From NCBI GenBank assembly GCA_024704765.1, contig JAKMXF010000022.1:186001-250000 (forward strand): a stretch of 64,000 bases of DNA, in the 5' to 3' direction. The notes under the pieces are model-generated. The model made no database searches, was not told the DNA's origin, and saw only the letters and a program-made list of their open reading frames with translations. The position numbers and the translations under genes are program-made. Source of the DNA: Oopsacas minuta (Eukaryota > Animalia > Porifera). This document shows, piece after piece, positions 34,001 through 49,000 of the stretch (position 1 is its first letter; each line of letters starts with the position of its first letter).

Positions 34001-37000
34001 AACTAGCGCTTCATCTCTGCCACACAACTTCACATTTGCTAACAGAGTCTGGACTCTATCGAATGCGGGATATGCGAACGAATTTGAACAAATTATCCGC
34101 GAAATTTGGATCTTTTTCGGCACAACCGAGCAATCAGAGTCTCATTACCTTGTTGAGATTATAGCCTATGATTCTGCAGATTCGCCTGTTACCAATTGTG
34201 GTACTGTTTTTGGGAGTTTTATTGTCTCTGACAATTTCCAATTATTCTTTATTCATGTCAACGACATTGCTCCTGTCTTAGATCTTAACGGTACCAATCC
34301 GGGTATTGGCTTTTCTACTATCTTTATTGAGGAGTCTTCTTCCGTCCAACTTGTATCTCCAGAATTGACAATAACAGATGCAGATCTACCATCTAGGACT
34401 CAATATGACTTCAGAATATACATAAATGTGAGATAAAATAATTATCATTGTTATTTCGTAAATATTTGAGTGTATAATTATAATTCAATAGATTGAGCCC
34501 TGCTCAGCTGATGAGATACTCTATCCCAGTTCAACTGCTCCTGTTAACGTACATCAGTGGTATAACGCTACAATATGTACACTATCTGTTACTGGTCCTG
34601 CTTCTCTCCTCGATTTCAGAGACACTCTAATAAACATCCGTTATAGTAACTCAGCTGATGAACCACTGTCTGTGAATAGAAGTGCTATATTCCGCGTGTA
34701 TGATGATAATCTTATCTCTATCCCTGCTATAACAGATATAATCATACAGCTTGTTAATGATGCTCCTAGGGTTGTATTAAATGGTTCTCTGTTCACTATC
34801 TCACTGACCTACACAGAAGATATGGGTAACTTAACACTAGCACCAAATGCTCTAGTACAAGATGATGACAATACTATGCTTTATGGCATAAACCTAACAA
34901 TGCTTGTGGGAATGGATTCAGCCTTTAGCATATTTGTATTTACTCCAACTGAGTATCTATCTCATCCACAATTAGGACAGACTATAAATGGAATATCTAT
35001 TAGCACGGGATCTGGTGGAATATTGCAATATTCTGGTGTAGCAAGTCTGCTTGAGTATCAATCAGTTGTAAGGGGGACTATATATTTCCGTGAAGGAGAG
35101 ATCCCTACTGAAAATAATGAAGAGAGACGGGTAAGTTTAAATTTCATATTGTCTATACTCTATTTAATGTAATCAAATTATAGGTAGAGTATTTTGCTTT
35201 TGATGGGACTGATTTGAGTGATGCTTCCATTGTACGTGTAATTCCATCTGGCGTAAACGACAGACCAATAATAGACCTAGACCCTTCTGTAGCTGGGACC
35301 AGTTTTTTTATAAACTTTCAAGAAGGTGGAGACGTAATTAACCTTAATAAAGGTCTCACTATATCTGATGTTGATGACGTCAACTTATGCAATGCTTCTG
35401 TTGTGATTACGAACCCTATCGATATTGAGGAGAGTCTTATTGACAATGGAATAGGAGATGATTTTATGAATATATTTATTTCTCCTTTTACGATTGTGCT
35501 AACTGCTATAACCCCTCTACCAATTGCAACTTTTGAAAATATCCTCAGAAGGGTATGTAATTAATTTTTCATGTATTCAATATATTATTATAATTATTTA
35601 TTTAGATTCAATATATTAATATGGAGTTACAACCAACCGGCGGCTACAGGAATATACTATTCACAGTAACAGATTGTAACGGAGGAGTTTCAGAGTCTGC
35701 AACAGCCTTTGTTAATGTGATAGTTAACAATGAGAGTCCTATGTTAGATTTAGATATTGGGGTATCAGGTAAATTATGAAATCTCTGTGTTATATAGCTT
35801 TCTGTAATTTAGTTATTTTATCATTCTTGTAGGATTTGGGTTTGTAACAGATTATATTGAGGGTGGCCCCTGTGTTGGCATTGCTAGTCAATTCGATCCG
35901 AATTCAACTGATATTGGTATCTCCAGTGGAATTCCTCTCTCCTTTATCGGAGAGGGAGAGGCAGGGCCCATTTCTTCTACCCTGGGATTCAGTCTAGAGG
36001 ATCCTGACTCGATTAATCTGGACCACATACGGATAGAGGTCACGGAAGGAAGCAAGGTAGACATAGACTCAGACAAAGTGCGTCCTCGCTGCGAAAATGC
36101 GAGTGACACTGATGCCTGTTCTGGAGAGGTGTGTGAAGAATTGATTATAACTACTGGTTACAGTGATGGAATTCTGGTTTATGAATACAGGTAAATACCT
36201 CTGTTTCCTCAAATTTCTGTACTATAATCATGTACTTTTTAATATTATTCATTATAGATTCTCAGACAATCACTCTGTAGCTCATTTTACAGAACTAGTC
36301 GCTTGTCTCTGTTATGAGTCTACTCTAAATGAACCTGATGGCACTGTCAGAACTCTAACGGTAAATTAAATATTTAATTTTAGAATTTCACCTCTTAGTA
36401 TTAAGCTCATTATTTTATTTTTATATTCAGACTACTGTGAGTGATGGTGATTTACAAAGCAGTCCTGCGATCACAACTATCTACATTATGCATTTCAATG
36501 ATAATCCACCAGTCTTCGATGCTAACTTCACATTTAGTGTGCCTGAGATTGATGGACCTGTACAAGCAGGAATTGACTACCCACCCCTATTACAAGATGT
36601 GTTTGTACGAGCTACTGACGAAGATCGAAGCGTTATCACATATTCTATTCAGAACAACTCCTGTTCACAGGACTACGAAATAGAGAATATTTTCATAATG
36701 AGTTTATCAGGAGAGATAATCGTAACTGCTCTAGACAGAGAATTGACTCCAACATGTATACTCACAGTAAGAGCATCTGATGGCGAAAATTCTAACACTG
36801 CAACAGTCACTATTACTGTCCTTGACGTAAATGATAACACACCATATTTCGGTGATATACAACAAGCTAATGTGACTAATACCTCAATCTCAGATCCTTT
36901 CTACAGGGTACCAGCATTTGATGACGACATAGGGGTCAATGGACTGCTTACTTATGTCTTGGCAGGACCTGATAGTGACAGGTAATATTACTTATTACAA

Positions 37001-40000
37001 TTTCAGTTTTATTATTTGGTGAATTTCAATTTCAATCCTGAACATATACAAAAGAAATATTCCTATTTCATATGAAGATACAATGTATTAGTAATCTGTA
37101 TAGTCTTGATTTTTCATCAATCTTGGTGTTGAGGTTTGAGGATAAGTCGGTTGTGGAGTAGCACCTGGTATATTTTTCGTGAAGTGGTTTTCAAACTTCT
37201 TAGAAAGAGCAAATGAAGTGTTCACATTTTCAACTTGTTGGTACATTTGTGATTGTAGTTTTCCCATGTCTTCTTTTAGTGATATGAGACAGGTCTGTAG
37301 AGCTGCTACATTCTTGCTAGGTCCAGTAGAAGGTAGTGACGTAGATACTTTTTGGAGAACATGATCATGTTTGGTCTGAGTTGTTTCTTGAAGAGTTGAG
37401 TACATTTCTCTTAGTGATTGTATTTCACTCTGATGTCTCTTCTCGGAGGAAGAGAGCATCTCTTCCAATTTCTGTGAATGTGCTTCCAATTCTGCGGTTT
37501 GGGATTGGGCCATATTCAATCTGTCCTGTAGGAAGTTGGCTTGTTCTATTCTCATAGATAGCTGACCGTCAAACTGCTTCACTTGTGCTTGTAAGCGAGT
37601 TTTCTCGGTCTCCGAATTCTCGTACCTAGATTCGAGCTCTTTCAGATTCTTTTCAGAAGCTCTATGCTTTCCTTCTAGATTTGCTACTTTCAATTCTTGA
37701 GAATCTTTCCTATCCAGGAGAGAAGTTTGGTCATTGTACGATGCTCTTAGATCAGCCTGCATTCTATTGACTCTCTCTTTCATGAGAGTAGCTTCATGGT
37801 ATGCAGCATCTCTCTCTTTCTCATACTGATGTGCTCTGCTTGTCAGATCTGTCAATATCTCTTGCATCTCATTATCTTCTGCCTGTTTCTGTGATAATAC
37901 CATTTCCGCCTGTGCAGATAATCTAGCTAACATTCCTTCCTTGTCAGCGAGTGCTCTCTCTAATAACTGTGCGTGTTCTGATAATTGGGCATAACCTTGT
38001 TGTGTTGCGTTTAGTTGTCCTTTCATTGTTTCAAATTCGTAGCCTCTTTGCGAGAGAGCTTGTTCTAATTCACCTCCCTTCTTGTTGTAGTCTCTTTTCA
38101 CTTTGTCAAATTCTCTCAAGAGATGGTTTTTCTGATCATGTTCATTGTTTAGCTGTGAGTGTACTGTATCTAATTCCTTCTTTCTTTCTTCAAATTGTCT
38201 CACCAAATCATCATTTTGTTGTTGCAGTATTTCGTAACGTTTTTCTAACTTTTCAAAAGATCTTGCTTTCTCTATCCCTGTTCTACTTGACTTATCTCTC
38301 ACTTCCTGTTCAAGTTGTACGTTCTGCTCCTGAGCTCTCCTCAATCCTTCTTCTGAGCGGTACAGTTTTTCTCGCGTTTTCTGCTGTTCAGCTATTAGTT
38401 GCTGCATTACTGATTCTCTATCTCTCTCACCTTGTCTCACTTCTTGTTTGAGTGTTGATAGGTTTCTATCATAGTCCATTTTGGCCTGATTCAACTGCAA
38501 CATGAGTTTACCACGTTCTTCTTGCAGGAACTGTACACCTTCTCCTCTCATCTCCTTAGCTCGTCTGCTCTCTTCTTGCGAGTTAGCTAGTTCTATTTGG
38601 ATGTGAGCTAGTTCAGCTTGTAGCTGGTTAATCCGTAACTTTCCTTGCTGATTCTCTCTTTTAGTTGTGTCTAATTCTGTTATCATGGATTCTTCTCTTT
38701 CCGACTTCTCATTAAGACCATCTTCCATTGCTTTCATTTTATCTCCCACATCTCTCATAGCATACTGTACATTCTTAACTTTCTTTTCTTTAGCTTCCAG
38801 TTCTTTTTGAAGTTTCTTCTCATTGCTCTCTTTCTCTTTCAGAAGATCATTGAATTCTTGTTTCACATCTTGGAGTTCAACATGTGCGAAATCTCTTTCC
38901 TGAATCGCTCTCTGTACTGCCCTCACTCTTGCTTCTTCTTCCAGTTCCATCTCTGTAATTTTTCTTTTCTTCTCAGCTAACTCTCCTTGTATTGCTCCTA
39001 TCTGAGTGTTAAGATATGAAATTTGTTGTCTACATTCTTGTAATTGTTGCTCTAGTAATTGCTTCTCTTGACTCAGCCCTCCTAGCATGTTCTCCTTGTC
39101 CATCAATAGACGCTCAGCTGCTGTCTTTTGTACATGAAGTCCGTCATGATTTTTCTGTATATTCGCGAGTTGATTCTGATTTGTTTCTACTTGCATATTC
39201 ATTTGAGATATTTCCCTTTTCAATTCTTGTTTCTTTCTCTCGCTCTCTTCTAGTCTATGTTTTGTTTCTGTTAACTGTTCTTGTTGGAAACGGAGTTGGT
39301 TTTCTAATTCATTTTTCATAGTTTCATGTTCTGTGAAATTCTGTTTAAGCTCGCTCATTTTATTTATTAAATTGTCCCTCTCTTCACTGACTTGATATAA
39401 CTGAGAATTTAGTTCTTCTAATAGTGAATCTTTTGACAGAACTTCTTCTTCAACTCTTTCTAGTGTAGTTACTATTTGAGCTCTCTCCTTTAAGCTATGT
39501 GTTCTTAAGTGACTGCATTCTCTACTCGCTTTTGTGAGATCAGCTTTCGTGTTTTCAAGCTCTGAACCTTTTGACAAAACGAGTCCTCTTGAAGTAGCTA
39601 GTTCCTGTTGCAGTTTTATCCTCTCTTTCATCATTTGGTCTAACTGAGACTGTAACCATTGTTGTCCTTCTTCTACACCGTCTTTTTCCTTTCTTCCAAC
39701 TTCACAATCTCTTTCTAATCTTCTTACTTTTTCTTTCAATTGTCTTAATTGTTCGCTATCAACGCTACTCCTTTCTTCGCAGTCTTCCATTTGTCTCCTC
39801 AGAGAGCTGATTCTCTCCTCTTTAGATTTTAGTTCATTCTGTAGTCTATCTCTTTCCCTGCTTCTGTCATTCAGCTCTTTCCTATACACATCATCTTCTG
39901 ACCAGACCATAGATGTACTCTTCACAGGAGCAGTACTGTCATTGAATTCTGTCAGTCTGCTTGGCGTAGATATCTCAATATCGCTTTGAGAGAGGGGCGA

Positions 40001-43000
40001 GTGACTATCATCACTACGATTAGAGATGTATCCGATCAAATTGCTGTCAGGAGTATCTGAGTTCCTTATTGGTTTCAAATGAATCGGACAGTTTAGTCTG
40101 TTTAGGCTAGCTGATAGGGGTATATTAGATTGTGGGGTGTAATTGCGGGATTGTTTGATCGGATTAGAGTGTGCCAGTGCAGAAACAATATCAGAGTTCG
40201 TTGAATGTGTAGACACAGCGCTCATGCTTCTACGCAAGTTATCACTTGAAAGGGATGGAGAGGGAATACAAACTTGAGAATAAAACTCTTCATTTCGATT
40301 TTTCCTCTTTGGTGGACTCTCGTTATAGATACTAACTAGTAGCGTCTTGAAAAGTTCCTCGCTGGATTCTCTATTAATCTGTATCTTTGGAATTCTATCT
40401 TCGCTTACAGATTCCATTGAGAAATCAGGTTTAAAAGTATATGAAATATACGTATATGCTATAAAAATATAATAAGAAAATTCAATCTACAACCTATATT
40501 TTAATATGTTATATAATTCATAATTGCTATACCTATAAGATTGAGGTATCCGTTAATTCTATTGGTTCTTCTTGTAATACAATTTCTTAAAGCCATAATC
40601 TATTCGATTTATTCTCTTTATTGTGCCTAACATTAAATCCACTCAACTATCCTAAGCACATTATATGACACTGAATTATGGACTTCGTATCTTGGTTATC
40701 ACCATAATTAATTACATACGAACTAAATTTATTAATTAATCAAGTTTATTAGATTTTCTTTGTGTACACAGGTTCTCAATCGATATTAATACTGGAGATT
40801 TGAGCGTATACCTTGATTCCTTAACTCCACCTGCAAAAGGTGTGCTTTACCAGGTCCTGGTATTTATATTTGACAGACCTGTTCAAGCAGATCAAGCTAA
40901 AAGAGCTTTTGCTACAGTTTCGATATTCATTGCAGAACTTGATCCTTGCTTTGTTGTCCGTTTGGATTTCACAGATTCTGAACAAATTCCAGAAGATACA
41001 GCTATTCCATCACGTGTATTTTCATTCACTTTGACCAGCAGTTCTTCTTATATTGATGCTACTCTCCTTCAAGTAATAGATAGCTCTACACTAGCTATTC
41101 AAAATACACATCCTTTCCAACTTACTAATGATACTGTTTATCTAGTGGGTGAGCTAGATTATGAGAATATTACCAGCTACACAATATCGATATTTTTCTC
41201 CAACACGCGTCCAGAATGTGATATTATTAATAATGTTACCGTGGAAGTTACTGACATTAATGACGTCATACCAACTATTCAAACAATTGATACTCAACGA
41301 GTTAGAGAAAATACTGAAACCATGTTGGCTATTTCTGCATCAGATACTGATTTCCTTCCTCTAAGATATTTTGTAGTCGGCGCACCTTCTTCTCAGTTTT
41401 TATTCGTAGACGTTACACAACCCACTTTGTTAATTAGAGATTTGGATCGGGAAATTCAAAGTACCTATCGGGTAATTATTATTGTGGAAGATAGCGGTTT
41501 TCCTATTTTGTCATCCGTTATTCAATTCCAAGTTAATGTCACTGATCAGAATGACAACATTCCACAATTCAATCAGTCTTCTTATACTAGTTCTGTCCCA
41601 GAGAATCAAAGCGGGTTTGTTTTATCCGTAAATGCATCCGATATTGATTTGGACAATAATGGTGAAATCGTATTTTCACTTATTGCTCCTAATAACGAAT
41701 TCTCTGTCGAGACAGTACAACTATCTACTGGATACTATGAGGGGCGTATCAACCTTATCTCTCCTCTCAATTATGAAACTCAAGCTAGGGTGTACAATTT
41801 CCTGATACAAGCTGAAGACAGGGCCCCTATAGGAGAGCGTCTATCGTCTACCACAAACGTCACAATATATATCCTTGATGTTAATGACGTCACGCCAGCA
41901 TTCTTGAGTAGTCCATACACAGCTTCTGTGGACGAGGAGCTGTCTATTGATGCCATAGTGTTTAGTGGAGTAAGAGGGGTTGATCATGAGGAAGGTGAAA
42001 ACGGGAGAATCCAGTTCTTTCAGAATAGTACCGACCTTCTGAACATCGATTCAGAGACAGGTGTAATTTCAGTCACAGGTCGACTTGACAGAGAGCAAAT
42101 CCCTCAAATTTATATGATTATCATTTTGTTTGACTCAGGAATTCCCTCCTTATCATCCACAACTACATTTACACTAACTCTTATTGACATAAACGACAAT
42201 TCACCTATCTTTACTAATCCTGATATATTTCGTGCTCTACCTGAAGACACACCTACCGGCTCAATTATTCTATACCTGCGGAACCTCACAACTGATGCAG
42301 ACATAGGAGGGTCAACTACACATACTTACTCTATCAATCCATCTACAGCTTCTCCAGGAGTACTAACTACTTTCAGTATACAGGATAACAATCTAGTTCT
42401 TATTGACAACCTTGATTACGAATCTTCGATAAAGTTCTACCGTTTTACCCTTATCGTTACAGATGGATTTAATTTAGCGTACGCTTCGGTTGAATTTAAT
42501 ATTACTGATTTAAACGACAATGCTCCTATATTCGATTTCCCTGATTATAAGTTCAATGTAACAGAGAACAATGCTCACCATATGCTGGTAGGTCAGGTCA
42601 TAGCAAGAGATTTGGATTCAGGAATGAATAAACAAATAGACTACTCGTTACCTTCTAACGAAAAACGGTTTTATGTGTCGAATAACGGTACTATCACAGC
42701 AAACTTTACTTTTGATCGTGAATCTGTCGACAATATAAATTTCACTGTTACAGCTAGAGATCGAGGCTTACCTAAAATGTATGGATACACTACTGTTACT
42801 GTCTGTATTCTGGATGAGATTGATGTACCCCCAACTATAATTGGCGGACCCTTCACCTTAAAGGTGCTAGAAGATAGAGCTATTAATTATAATGTTACCA
42901 CATTTACAGTTTTGGACCCTGATCTTGAAGTTCCCCCTTCTCTATCAATTTATGGTGCTGGTAGTTCTGACTTTATTATAGACGGGTATGAGTTACGTGT

Positions 43001-46000
43001 AAATGCGTCTTTAGACAGAGATTTAGGACAATCTTCCTATTCTTTAACCTTAACTGCTCGAGACTCAGCAGGACTTGAAGACAGTGAACAGCTGGATATT
43101 AATCTTGAAGATGTTAATGACAATGCTGCTGAGTTTGAAGAAGATTTGTATGGGTTTGACATAGTAGAAGAATCCGCTAGCTATAACTTTGGACAGGTTG
43201 CAGCTATCGACATTGACTATGAAGCTAATGCTAATTTCATTTACTTTATCAAAGAAGCTAGAACCACGTTTATAGGTACATTTATACAAAATAGAGATTG
43301 TGCTTTTGATGGAACTTCAGCAGATTTGTTCGATTTCAGAATATATCCGTCTAATGGGTCTCTATTCCTCATGTCACCAGTAGATTACGAAAGCGTTCAT
43401 TTCGTTTCTCTCTCTGTTTGTACCATGAATACAGCGGTCCCATTTTATGAGCGTTGTACTTGTGTAATTGTAGATATACAGAATATTAATGACGTCAGTC
43501 CTGTATTTATTCCTGGCGAAATAAGTATCGATTTGGTTGAAACACAAGGAAATTTGTCTGATTTTAACAGGCTTGTAACATTCACTTCTTTCATGGATTC
43601 TGATGGATTTCAAAGCGATAGCTATTCTCTCTTCATATCACATACTTATGGTTCTCAATTTCCATTCACATTACGTAACATTAACTCTTCAATTACTGAA
43701 CAGGATGGGAGTATAGAGATTACTCGAGAAGTTGTATCATTATCTAATGTAGACAGAGAGACCAGAGACTCATACCATTTCCAGGTCTGTGTAAATGATG
43801 GAATATTTCAAGACTGTTTACAGATTAATTTAACAATCCTTGATGTCAACGATAATCCGCCAATCTTTGACTTAGCAATATTTAACATGTCAGTGAATGA
43901 GCATGAACCTCTTGACTTTCCAATCGATTTTGTGAGTGCTACTGATGCAGACATCGATACTAACTCAGAAATTAACTATTCTCTACTTAACAGTACAAAC
44001 ATATTCTCTATGGATCTAAATAGTGGATTGTTGTCCGTAGTTTCTGACATTAATCGCGAGCCGAATAACAACCTAATCATCCTGATCGTCCAGGCAGTCA
44101 ATATAGTGGAAGGTGTTCCTGTTAGTTTTGGGCAAATCACTTCGATTATTTATGTTTACATACTTGACATTAATGACAACAAGCCTCTATACGATGGCCC
44201 GCTTACAACCTCAGTTAATGAGGATCTTAATAATCAGCTGTTATTCACTGTAGATGCCACTGATGCAGATATCGGTAGAAATGCTCAATTGATTTTCTTG
44301 ATTATTAGTGACCCTGATGACTCATTCCAGGTAGATCAAGATGGATTAGTTAGAAACAATAAATTATTGATAAGAGACGAGCTGAGAGGAGGAAAGATGT
44401 TTTATGAATTCAGTCTTCTTGTATCGGACAATGGCATATATCTATCTCCTCTCAATTCAACATTCCACTTTACTGTTACAGCATTGAATGTGAATTCTGG
44501 TGATCCTGCTATCACCAATCCTTCATTTAATGTTTTTGAAAATGAAGCTTCAGGTACCTGCTTTGGTACACTAGAAGTTAGTGATATAGATTTCCCTCCT
44601 AACTCCACCATTACAACTCAGTTCTTTACATACTCTACAGTATTCTCTGTAGGCCTAGACAGTGGTATTTTGTGTACCAGACAGGTATTAGATCGTGAGG
44701 ATATTCCCTCTCATTCCATTACAATAATATTAATTGATTTGCAACCTACAGCTACAAACACCTCGCAGAGTATAAGTATATTTATCGATGATAGAAATGA
44801 CAATCCTCCATTTTGGCAAACACTTTGTCCTATTTATATACAAGATTCTTTGATGCGATCTGGATTGAAAGTGTTAGAGCTCGTTGCTGGTGATCTGGAC
44901 CTTGGTCCAGATCTCATTTACAGGATAGTTGGTTCTGACTTTGGGTTTTCTTTAACTGAAAATGATCTCTACGCTCCATCAGGAGCCGATGTTAGTGACA
45001 CTGATCAGTTTTGGTTGACATTTTCTGTTGACGACAGTGTGTTTTCCCCAGTACTGCTGGATTGCACAATTTTTGTAACAGACCTGAATGGCTATGATCC
45101 TGTGCTCTCTCCTTCTGAGTACGCAGTTACTGTAATAGAGAATATACCTGTTAATTCTGTACTCGTAAAAGTATCAGCTGTAGATCTTGATGAAGGACTC
45201 AATGGTAATGTATCATTTGAACTTTTGAATGAACTCGGAAAATTCACTCTAGACAATGATGGTGAGTTATAGCAAATTCTTAATTCGTAAAAAATTTATT
45301 ATTTGCTTTTTTAGGGATTAGCTGTGCACTACTGAGACTTGATGTTCCGCTTAACTTTGACAGTCAGTCAATGTATAGTCTAACATTCAGAGCTTTTGAT
45401 ATGGGCTCAGTGAGGAGGTACTCACTAAATGGAACTATTGAGATATTAATAGACGATCTAGCTGATCATTCTCCTGTATTTCTACAACCGAACTACACTA
45501 TGACTATATCAGAAGACACCCCAATACTAACCAAAATTCTAACAGTTAGTTAACTCTATATACGGTATTGTAACAATTATTTAGAAAGTTTTAATTGTTC
45601 TTGCTACAGGTTGAAGCACAAGATGAAGACTCTGGTGATGCAGGTAGTATAACTTATTCCCTGCAGGATACTAACGCATTCTTCATCGACTCTACTTCTG
45701 GAGCAATATTTACACAGTCTCTACTTGACAGAGAAACAACTCCATCTTATATGTTCAGGGCATTCGCAACCGACAAAGGTTCTCCACCTCAAACTTCAAT
45801 TGTTTCCATTCAAGTTAATATCTCAGATGTTGATGACAATTCTCCTACTATTCAAATTTCTAATTTCACACAAATATTTACTGAAGCAGGCAATGCCACT
45901 ACTATTATAGCAGAGAACTCGGATGTTACAATTTCTGATCATGACGATATGACTATATTTGGTGTCTACGAGGTACAGGTCTTTTTGGTACCTAACTCTG

Positions 46001-49000
46001 GAGGATCTCAATACCCCTTGCCTGGCGGGTAAGTCATTTCCTGCATTATAATAATATTATCAAATATTTTATCTTTATCGATTACATATACTAACAGTGG
46101 AACACGCATATAACAAATACAGTTATAACGAATTCGAGCTTATAGCGAATAAACTGTGACCGACGAATGGGTTCGTTATAAGCGTGTTCTCATTTCCGTT
46201 AATCTACCCAATCAGCTGAGTTACGCATTAGTTCATACTGTTAGTATTTAGACTATTATGGTATATAACAAACTACACGTATCCTATTTCTCTTTAGATA
46301 TTGTGATCATTCTCTACACACAAGTTTTGACACAATTAATGCACATACAATATGTGGAGACGCTTCAAATATAATAGACACCTCAGCTGTTGATATAACT
46401 GGTAGTGTGAACGAGGTTACTACACCTCTTCCTCTCTTCTCACTTCCTGGTCAAACAGACTCTTATATGTCTTACTATCTTGTTCACTCAAGTAACTCTC
46501 TTAGCAATTTTTCATTTTTCGTTTGGTTCTCTCTATCTAGCATTGATGGCCCGATTTCCTTGGTTAGACAAGAAGGGCAGTTTGAAATTGTAATCACTCC
46601 TGATCCCACAAATTCAAGATACATTATTACAATTTCAAACTCTGTATCATCTATCAACTTTACTCTTTCTGGCTATGAAATAGTCGGTAATGGTTGGCAT
46701 CATTTTGTTATTTTTATGGATGGAGCACAAGTCGGTGTTGATATCGATAATCTTTCATCTTTCTCAAATTTCCAAGTTACCCTTAACACATCTTTACCGT
46801 TGACGTTCGGAATTAACTTGAACGGCCAGATAAATACACCTTTGTTCTCAAATGATAATCACATCTCTGACGCAATTAGCTTTGTTAGATGTATTCGTAC
46901 ATGTGGCGAGTTTATTTCATATGAGGGACCCACTGACCAAATTTCAGTTGTTCGTGCCTTCCGAAAACGTTCCATATTCCTCCGAGTTCTCGCCCCATTT
47001 CATTACCCAGCTATTAACACATATAATATTTTAATGGAAGCTTTAACGAATGTTTATTACGAGAACGTACTTGATGAGCCTAGCTCCAACCCTCGTGTAG
47101 TCGCCTACCAAGTTTCGGATTCATCAGGTTATGGACCGACTACTCAGACAGAACTTTATCCTTTGTTGCTCAATGATAAAGAGCCGATTATTGACCTCAA
47201 CAGTGATGATGATAGTAATGCAGCCTTTGTAACTACATTTGTTGAAAATTCTGGTGGCGTATCCTTGATTCATTTTAGTGCGATTGTGTTGGACCAAGAT
47301 AGCGGGGTTTTCTCTCTAACTTCCATTATTACAACTATCACAAATCCAATTGATTTAAACAATGAGAGACTATTTGCTTTGAATTTACCTCCATTTTACA
47401 CTGCTCAACAGCAAGACTATACCTTAACCATTACATCTACAGTAGATAAAACATTTGACGAGTGGACTGAAGACATTTTGAGAGGAAATGTCATCCACTA
47501 TATCGACGACTTTATTGAGCCTACCAATGGAACACGAGTGATAAGCTTGACTGTGGTGGAAATTATTAATGGGTTTAATTTTACTGATACTGCCTTCATT
47601 TATGTATCTATCCTGGCTGTAAATGACGAGCCTGTGATCGATCTTAACAATCAAGATCCTCTTACAATTGATAGATTTGTTATGTATTTTGAAGGAGATC
47701 TCAATATTAACCTTCTATCTGTTGATGCTCTCTCAATAACAGACTCTGATAACCTCAATCTTCTTTCTGCCGAAATTTGGCTAAGTCCCACGCCAGACGG
47801 TATTCTAGAGTCTATAGACATCATGGATGATCCATCTAGCGGTCTCTCTATTGAAAACAACGGATCAATTACGATAACAGGCAATGCTAGCACTTCTGCC
47901 TACGAGGATATTCTACTTTCCTTGGAGTACGCTAATTTTAACGAGGAAGATCCTGATGATTCCCCTCGTATGGTTCTTATAAGAGTCTATGACACTGATC
48001 AACAACCAAGTGATACTGCTATCGTTTACATAGACTTCTCTGCTATTAACGATGCTCCTATTCTTGATTTGGATGCTACAGATCCTGCTAATGGCTATTA
48101 CACTGTGTTTATTGAGGAGACCGGTTGTGTGTCTATTGTTAATCCATCAGCCTCAATTGTAGATGTTGATAGCGATACGCTAGTTAATTTGACCGTCAAC
48201 TTCAGAGAGGGGAACACCGATATTCTCGAAACTCTCTATGCAAATGATACTGATGGATTATTGGTAGAGAGTGATAATACTGGTGGGATAACACTCTCAG
48301 GGGATAGAGATGTAGCCGATTATATAAGAGTACTACGTTCTCTTCAATATTGTAATGCAGGAGATGAACCGAGGAGTGACGTCATAAGAAATGTTACCAT
48401 ATCTGTATTTGACAAAGAAGGTAGAATTAGTAATATAGCTCTTTCTGAAGTTATGGTAGAGAGAGTTAATGATAATCCTGATCTTACGCTAGGAGGTAGG
48501 ACTAATGCAAGCTATGGCTCATCTTCTGAATTTGTATTCGCAGACCCTATAAACGTCACTGATGTTGACAGTGAACTCTTTTTCCGTGCTCTTGTTTATA
48601 TATTCTATCCTTATGATGGGAAGGACTTTGAAATCATAACATTTGAAGGAGATCTAGGCAACCAAATCACATCTGTGGGTCCAAGTGAGGTTCTGTCAGG
48701 ACAGTTCGAAGGTGCTATATTTTATAATGTTACATTCTTGATACAAGCCAGTGGTCAGCTGGTAGAAGAAGTTATTGCTCGTATACAGTACAGTAACACT
48801 GCTAATAATCCAACTACAAACGAAACTAGGGAGATTTGTGTTAGCGTGTTTGATGTGGATGGTGGAGCTAGTGATTTAACTTGTATAGTTATCTCTGTTA
48901 CCGAACCTAACTTATTCCCACCTCAGTTTCTAAATGAACTACGAACCTTGACCCTGAGCGAAAACACAGCTGTTTCTACCATAATAGACACAGCAAGTGC

